A stretch of 64,000 nt of DNA from positions 88,970,001 through 89,034,000 of the forward strand of contig OX597817.1 in the NCBI GenBank assembly GCA_951406725.2. Direction: 5' to 3'. Every line of letters begins with the position of its first letter. Within the stretch, counting starts at the first letter, position 1. Of this stretch, positions 58,457 through 64,000 are shown in pieces. This stretch comes from Octopus vulgaris (Eukaryota). A program made the position numbers and the translations under genes. Under the pieces are notes generated by a model that saw nothing but the letters and a program-made list of their open reading frames with translations, was not told the DNA's origin and did not search any database.

Positions 58457-58854
58457 TATATATTTAAATATATATATACATATATATGCAACAAAAAGTT
58501 CCCCAACTAGAAATCCTTAATCAAGTATTACCCATAATTAGACTCCCAAAGAGGGACAATCACGCAATATCAATAACAAATTCAATCCTACAAGAAAAGC
58601 CTCGTTCAAGGACATAACGCGTCTTTTGGTTTAGGAATCGAATCCTATATATATGACCGGTACATTACCTGCAGCCAACCCTTGTTTTCCTTGATTCCAT
58701 CTCCCTGTGTTCGGTTTTAAGAATCTATTCCGGTCTGAGCAATAATTGTAATTATTATATACCTCCTAGAAGTATTCTTACCAGTCACACACACACGCGC
58801 GCGCGCGCGCATGCATACACATACAAATATATATACAGATAGATATACATCAGA

Positions 58855-59085
58855 TATCGTTGTGTGGGACCGTGAAGAAAAGATGTTCTGTTGTGGAAAC
58901 CAGCTGCCCTCTGGACACGAATGTGGTTAGAAAAATACAAGAGGAAGAAGACATCTATGAAGCATTGGTAAGGAATTTGCAAATCCAGTACTCAAGATAC
59001 ACTTTTAGCTTCACACTTCTTATTATTGGAGCAACAGGTTACATACCAACTTGTCTGCAGCAAAGTATGGTTGAACTTAGATCTT
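58855..59085 (+). mobile_element. RLE-type LINE endonuclease fragment
   Basis: CSVVETSCPLDTNVVRKIQEEEDIY..LIIGATG. Confidence 0.55.
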
Positions 59086-59179
59086 CTACATACATACATA
59101 CATACATACATACATACATACATACATACATACATACATACATACATACATACATACATACATACATGCATGCATACAT

Positions 59180-59212
<33 letters not shown>

Positions 59213-59337
59213 AACACATATATATATATTAAAAAGAGAACGAAAAGAACATACATACGTACATACATATATACATATATTATTTATATATTCATACATA
59301 CGTATGTACACACAGATATGCATACACACACATACAC

Positions 59338-59387
<50 letters not shown>

Positions 59388-59627
59388 GTAGATAGATATA
59401 TAGATAGGTAGATAGATAGGTAGACAGAATGATACAATATATTTAGATATAGATATTTGATAGATAAAATAAGTAAGGAAGTATGTACTGGAGTCTATAT
59501 GATCGACTAGAACATTGTGAAGGTGATAATCTAGCATGGCCATAATAAAAAAACAAATACAAAAATCCGTAAAAGAGTATACACAGTCAAAAACTCACTT
59601 AATATGAACTCTTTTTTCTTCTCATCC

Positions 59628-59663
59628 CTCTCTGTCGAAGGGCCTTGGCCCGAAACGTCAGAG
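59628..59663 (+). ncRNA. Minimal hammerhead, A6U core variant, in a PLE-type 3' end (~59590-59755)
   Basis: CTCT-CTGTCGA-A-GGGC CTTG GCCC-GAAAC-GTC-AGAG. Confidence 0.7.
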
Positions 59664-59764
59664 ACTTTTCCATTTTCGCCAAGCATCAAAGTGATACATC
59701 AGTATGTTGTTCCCTCACCTGTCTTAGTCTTTTGTTTTTTGTATATTTAAACCATGTATGTATG

Positions 59765-60190
59765 TATGTCTCTTTCCCTCCTCTTCTTTCCTCTTTCCTC
59801 TTCCCTCTTCCCCTTCTCTCTTTCTCTCTGCTCCCTCACTCCCCTTCTCTCCTCTCCTTTCCAATTCCCCCTCCTCTCCCCTCCTTTCCCCTCCCCCTCC
59901 CCATCTCCTCTCCCTCCCCCTTCCCTCTCCTCTCCTTCCTTCTTCCCCCTCCTTTCCCTTTCTCCTCTCCTCTCCTTCCTTCTTTCCCCCTCACCCCCTC
60001 ATCTCTCTTCCCTCCTCCACTCCTCCTTCTCTCTTCTCTACCCCTTTCACTCTCCCCACAACCCCCACTCTACCCCAACTTCCAGCCGAACCCACACCCC
60101 ACCTCCCCCTTTCACTCTCCCCACAGCCCCCACTCTACCTCAACCCCAGCCGAACCCACACCCCACATGACTTCCCCCCACTCCCACCAC
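59765..60190. repeat. Polypyrimidine and C-rich low-complexity tract with a short tandem duplication
   Basis: CT-rich; CCTTTCACTCTCCCCACA..CCAGCCGAACCCACACCCCAC occurs twice. Confidence 0.8.
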
Positions 60191-60485
60191 ACTATACTAC
60201 ACTACACCATACGACACTACACTACACCATACGACATTACACATCACATCATACATACATACACCCATTCAGACCTTTCATACGCACATACATACTCTCT
60301 CATACACACACGCACCCTTATGTTGGGGCGAGGTCATTTGACCTTGTTATCTCCCCTACTATCCCTCTTGCGTCTAACGTCTGATCTCTGACTTCTGGCC
60401 GAAATCAGACCGCCATGTTGATTCGTTAGCTCCTGCACGCATTTTTTTTCTCTCCTTGTTTCTCTCCGTATTTCTTTTCTGTGTA

Positions 60486-60523
60486 TCTTTCTGTTGAAGA
60501 GCGTAGGCTCGAAACGTAAAAGA
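60486..60523 (+). ncRNA. Minimal hammerhead, A6U core variant, in a PLE-type 3' end (~60310-60621)
   Basis: TCTTT-CTGTTGA-A-GAGC GTAG GCTC-GAAAC-GTA-AAAGA; followed by (TA)n at 60621; the same 3' tail recurs at ~39216-39255. Confidence 0.72.
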
Positions 60524-60619
60524 CTTGTTTTATTTCTATTCCTGAGCGCCATACTAATACAATTGTTTGTTTGTACTCCACCTGCCTTCGTCTTTTGTTT
60601 ATTTTCGTAAAGCTTCCTG

Positions 60620-60710
<91 letters not shown>

Positions 60711-60715
60711 TATAA

Positions 60716-60878
60716 GGCGCAGGAGTGGCTGTGTGGTAAGTACCTTGCTTACCAATCACATGGTTCCGGGTTCAGTCCCACTGCATTCACCTTGGGAAAA
60801 TGTCTTCTACTATAGCCTCGAGCCGACCAAAGCCTTGTGAGTGGATTTGGTAGGCGGAAACTGAAAGAAGCCCGTCGT
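60716..60878 (+). mobile_element. SINE family A
   Basis: GGCGCAGGAGTGGCTGTGTGGTAAG...GAAACTGAAAGAAGCCCGTCGTATA. Confidence 0.88.
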
Positions 60879-60932
60879 ATATATATATATATTTCCTCCA
60901 TCTTCCCTTCTCTGGATCTTTCCTTTTCTTAT

Positions 60933-60967
60933 GTTTCTGACGAAGAGCTCCGCTCGAAGCGTAAAAC
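60933..60967 (+). ncRNA. Minimal hammerhead with GAAA->GAAG change, probably impaired
   Basis: GTTT-CTGACGA-A-GAGC TCC GCTC-GAAGC-GTA-AAAC; same family as 18675-18709. Confidence 0.65.
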
Positions 60968-60985
60968 CCTCCTTCTTCCCTTCCT

Positions 60986-62675
60986 TCCTACCTCCTCCTA
61001 CCAACAGCGAGTGTCCTCCACCATCCACGACCTCATCTCCTCCTCCGCTCTCCCCCTCACCGCCACCAACCTCATCGTCCGCACACCCCGCACCTCCACC
61101 ATCTACTTCCTTCCCAAGATCCATAAACCCTCTAACCCTGGCCGTCCCATAGTCTCTGCCTGTAATTGCCCCACTGAACTCATCTCCCTATACCTCGACC
61201 GCATCCTGTCCCCCTTAGTCGCAGCCCTCCCATCCCACATACACGACACCAACCACGCCCTCCGTCTCTTCAATTCCTTTTCCTTCCCTTCCAGCCCCTC
61301 ACACCTCCTCTTCACCTTAGATGTAAAATCCCTGTACACAGTGATTCCCCACAATGACGGTCTCCTAGCCCTCCAACACTTCCTCGACCGTCGTCCCGAC
61401 CCCACCCCCAGCACCCCCACCCTTCTCCGTTTGGCTGAGCTCGTCCTCACCCTCAATTGCTTCACGTTCGCCGGGGAAACGTACCAACAGATGTCCGGGG
61501 TCGCGATGGGAACTAGGATGGGCCCCAATTTCGCCAATCTCTTTCTTGGCTACATTGAGGCCCAAGTGTTCTCCCAGTTCTCTGGGCCGACCCCCGAACT
61601 ATACGGTCGCTATATCGACGACTGTGTAGGTGCCACCTCCCTTTCCCGGGAACTTCTCGGCCAATTCATCTCTTTCCTTTCCAACTTTCACCCCTCTCTT
61701 CAATTCACCTCCACCATCTCCAACACCTCTGTCAACTTCCTTGACATCTCTCTCCGCATCGATCACCCCTCCAGCTCTCTCACCACCACCGCCTTCTTTA
61801 AACCTACGGATTCCCACCTCTATCTCAACTTCTCTTCCTCCCACCCCTTCCACACCAAACGAGCCATCCCCTACTCCCAGTTCCTCCGCCTCCGACGTTT
61901 GTGCAGCCGCGACCAGGATTTCGAGACCCAATCTCAATACCTGGCCCGCATGTTCAGACTCCGAGGTTACCCACCCACACTCCTCTCTGATGCCCTCACC
62001 CGCGCCCGTCGCATCGACCGCACTACCGCCTTGTCTCCTTCCCCCCGCCCACCCCCCAACCGCACCCCCTTCCCCCTCCTTTTCCACCCCTCTACCCTAC
62101 CCCTTCGTCGCAAGATACTACGTGCCTTCCGTCGCCTCCAGCTTGATCCCACCACCCGCCCCATTTTCCCTAACCCACCCCTGTCCTCTTTCAAACGAGC
62201 CCGCAATCTGCGTGACCTCCTGGTCCACAGCACCCTCTCCCCTTCCCCCTCAGCCCCACACGGATCATTCCCTTGCTCTAGATCCCGCTGCAACACTTGC
62301 CCCTTCATCACCAACACCACCGCTGTCACCGGCTCCAACCTGCATACTGTACGCATTAGGCACTCTTTTACGTGCACCTCGTCTGGCCTTATTTACTGCA
62401 TTAAATGCAACCTATGCGGGATGCTGTATGTAGGTCAGACGGGACGCCGGTTGTCCGACCGTTTCACTGAACACTTGAGGGACGTTCGCCTACACTCTTT
62501 TTCTCCCGTCGCACGCCACTTCCGCTCGGCCGGCCATTCCCGAGATGACATCTCAGTGTTTGGTCTCGCCCCCCACAATGGTCGCCCACTTTCCAGGCTC
62601 CACTTGGAGCAACGCTACATCTTCACCCTACAAACTACCACCCCACACGGACTTAACACAGCCCCCTCCTCTTGA
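60986..62675 (+). CDS. Penelope-like element polyprotein (RT + Cys-rich linker + GIY-YIG endonuclease; Neptune-like), 5'-truncated, no stops
   Basis: YFLPKIHK, GRPIVS, LDVKSLYTVIP, GVAMGTRMGPNFANLF, RYIDD, FLDI, KPTD, CSRSRCNTC, LIYCIKCNLCGMLYVGQTG..RF.EH, GLN. The ORF-track start (60837) lies in an unrelated SINE. Confidence 0.92.
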
Positions 62676-63477
62676 GACCGTTTTTTTTTTTTTTTTTTTC
62701 CGGACACACCACCCACACACACCCACCCACCTACCTACCTCCAACCCACCTACCTACCTCCCACACGCCTGTTCACACACACACATACGTAGACCCATCT
62801 ACGTACATACATTCACACATTTAATCACACACACTTACAGACACACATGCACATACACACACACATACATACATACACACACGCATACATACTTACACAC
62901 ACACACACACACACAGACATACATACACACATACACACACATACATACGCACATACATACACACACACTCACACACACTCACCGCACGTACATACTTCAC
63001 ACACACACACATGCACACATACATGTAGGCACATACATACATACATACCCACACATGCACACCCGTACACTGAATGCACACACACATACACCTTTTTGCA
63101 TCCAGGCAGCCCCCCTCTTTTCTGCTTTCCGGTTTTGGCTGATGGATCCTCGGTTCCCGCGTAGCGGGGCGTTCGAGGGCCTTTGCGCTCGCGCGCCTTG
63201 GCGCGCGCTGGGGGCTCGGTCGGCCCCTTTGGGCTTGCGTTGCACTGCTTGTGCGTTGTGTGCGTGAGCGCGCTTCGTGTGTGTGGGCTTGCTTCGGATG
63301 TGCGCTTGCGTATGTTTGCATACATACCCACACACTCGCATGCATCCCTACCCACATACATACACGCACACCTACTCACACACACACATACACACACACA
63401 CATACCCGCACACACACACACATACATACATACACACACATACCCACTTCAGACATACACACACACATACAGACATA

Positions 63478-63534
<57 letters not shown>

Positions 63535-64000
63535 ACGCACACGTACACATACACACACACACACACCCACATACATACATTACACTTGTATACACACACA
63601 CTTACATTCATACACACACACACCTACACAGCCATACCCTCACTCAGACACACACATCTACCTACACACACACAAACACACACTGACACACACCCATACA
63701 TACATACATCTACACACTCACGCCTACACACATACATACACACATACATAAACACACACACATACACATACACACACATACGCACACACGCATATACTTA
63801 TACACATGCACACACACACACATACATACATACACCCATATACATACACACACACATACCTACATACTCCTATACGCACATACATACACACAGACATACA
63901 CACATACACACTCACACAAACATACACACACACATACTTACACACACACTCACCTGCACGCGCACACACATGCATGACAAACACTCAAACACTCATACAC
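62676..64000 (+). repeat. CA-rich cryptic microsatellite region (probable PLE 3' UTR) containing a GC-rich hairpin island at ~63100-63310
   Basis: Starts right after the PLE stop and poly-T; runs off the window end. Confidence 0.65.

Noticed and set aside
60837-60985. N-terminal ~50 aa of the 612-aa ORF as part of the PLE protein
   Set aside because: Derived from a SINE, (TA)n and the hammerhead cassette; open frame by chance.
63150-63180. HDV-like ribozyme suggested by the TCCTCG loop
   Set aside because: No complementary P1 or P2 strands could be found.

Overview
Gene-poor, AT-rich animal DNA saturated with microsatellites and retroelements. The tRNA-derived SINE families and repeat make-up resemble an octopus/coleoid cephalopod genome (inference). 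No host protein-coding exon could be supported, and almost all listed ORFs are simple-repeat artefacts. Identifiable content: Tx1-like, R4/Dong-like and RTE LINE remnants, three SINE families, Tc1/mariner MITEs, a non-autonomous Helitron, and an uninterrupted but 5'-truncated Penelope-like element (PLE; RT plus C-terminal GIY-YIG, ~60986-62675). The main signal is about 11 type I hammerhead ribozyme (HHR) motifs from several unrelated non-autonomous families, mostly beside (TA)n. They include a highly structured 495-bp retrozyme-like repeat whose HHR carries a 68-nt stem II (1892-3599), a 360-bp retrozyme-like repeat (55455-55978), two large foldbacks with HHRs near their outward-facing 3' ends (25627-29712, 56042-56961), and HHR core variants (A6U; U-U at the base of stem II). 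Together they suggest a PLE-driven, (TA)n-targeted system of self-cleaving and probably circular RNAs. All folds were read by eye; activity is untested and coordinates of degenerate repeats are approximate.
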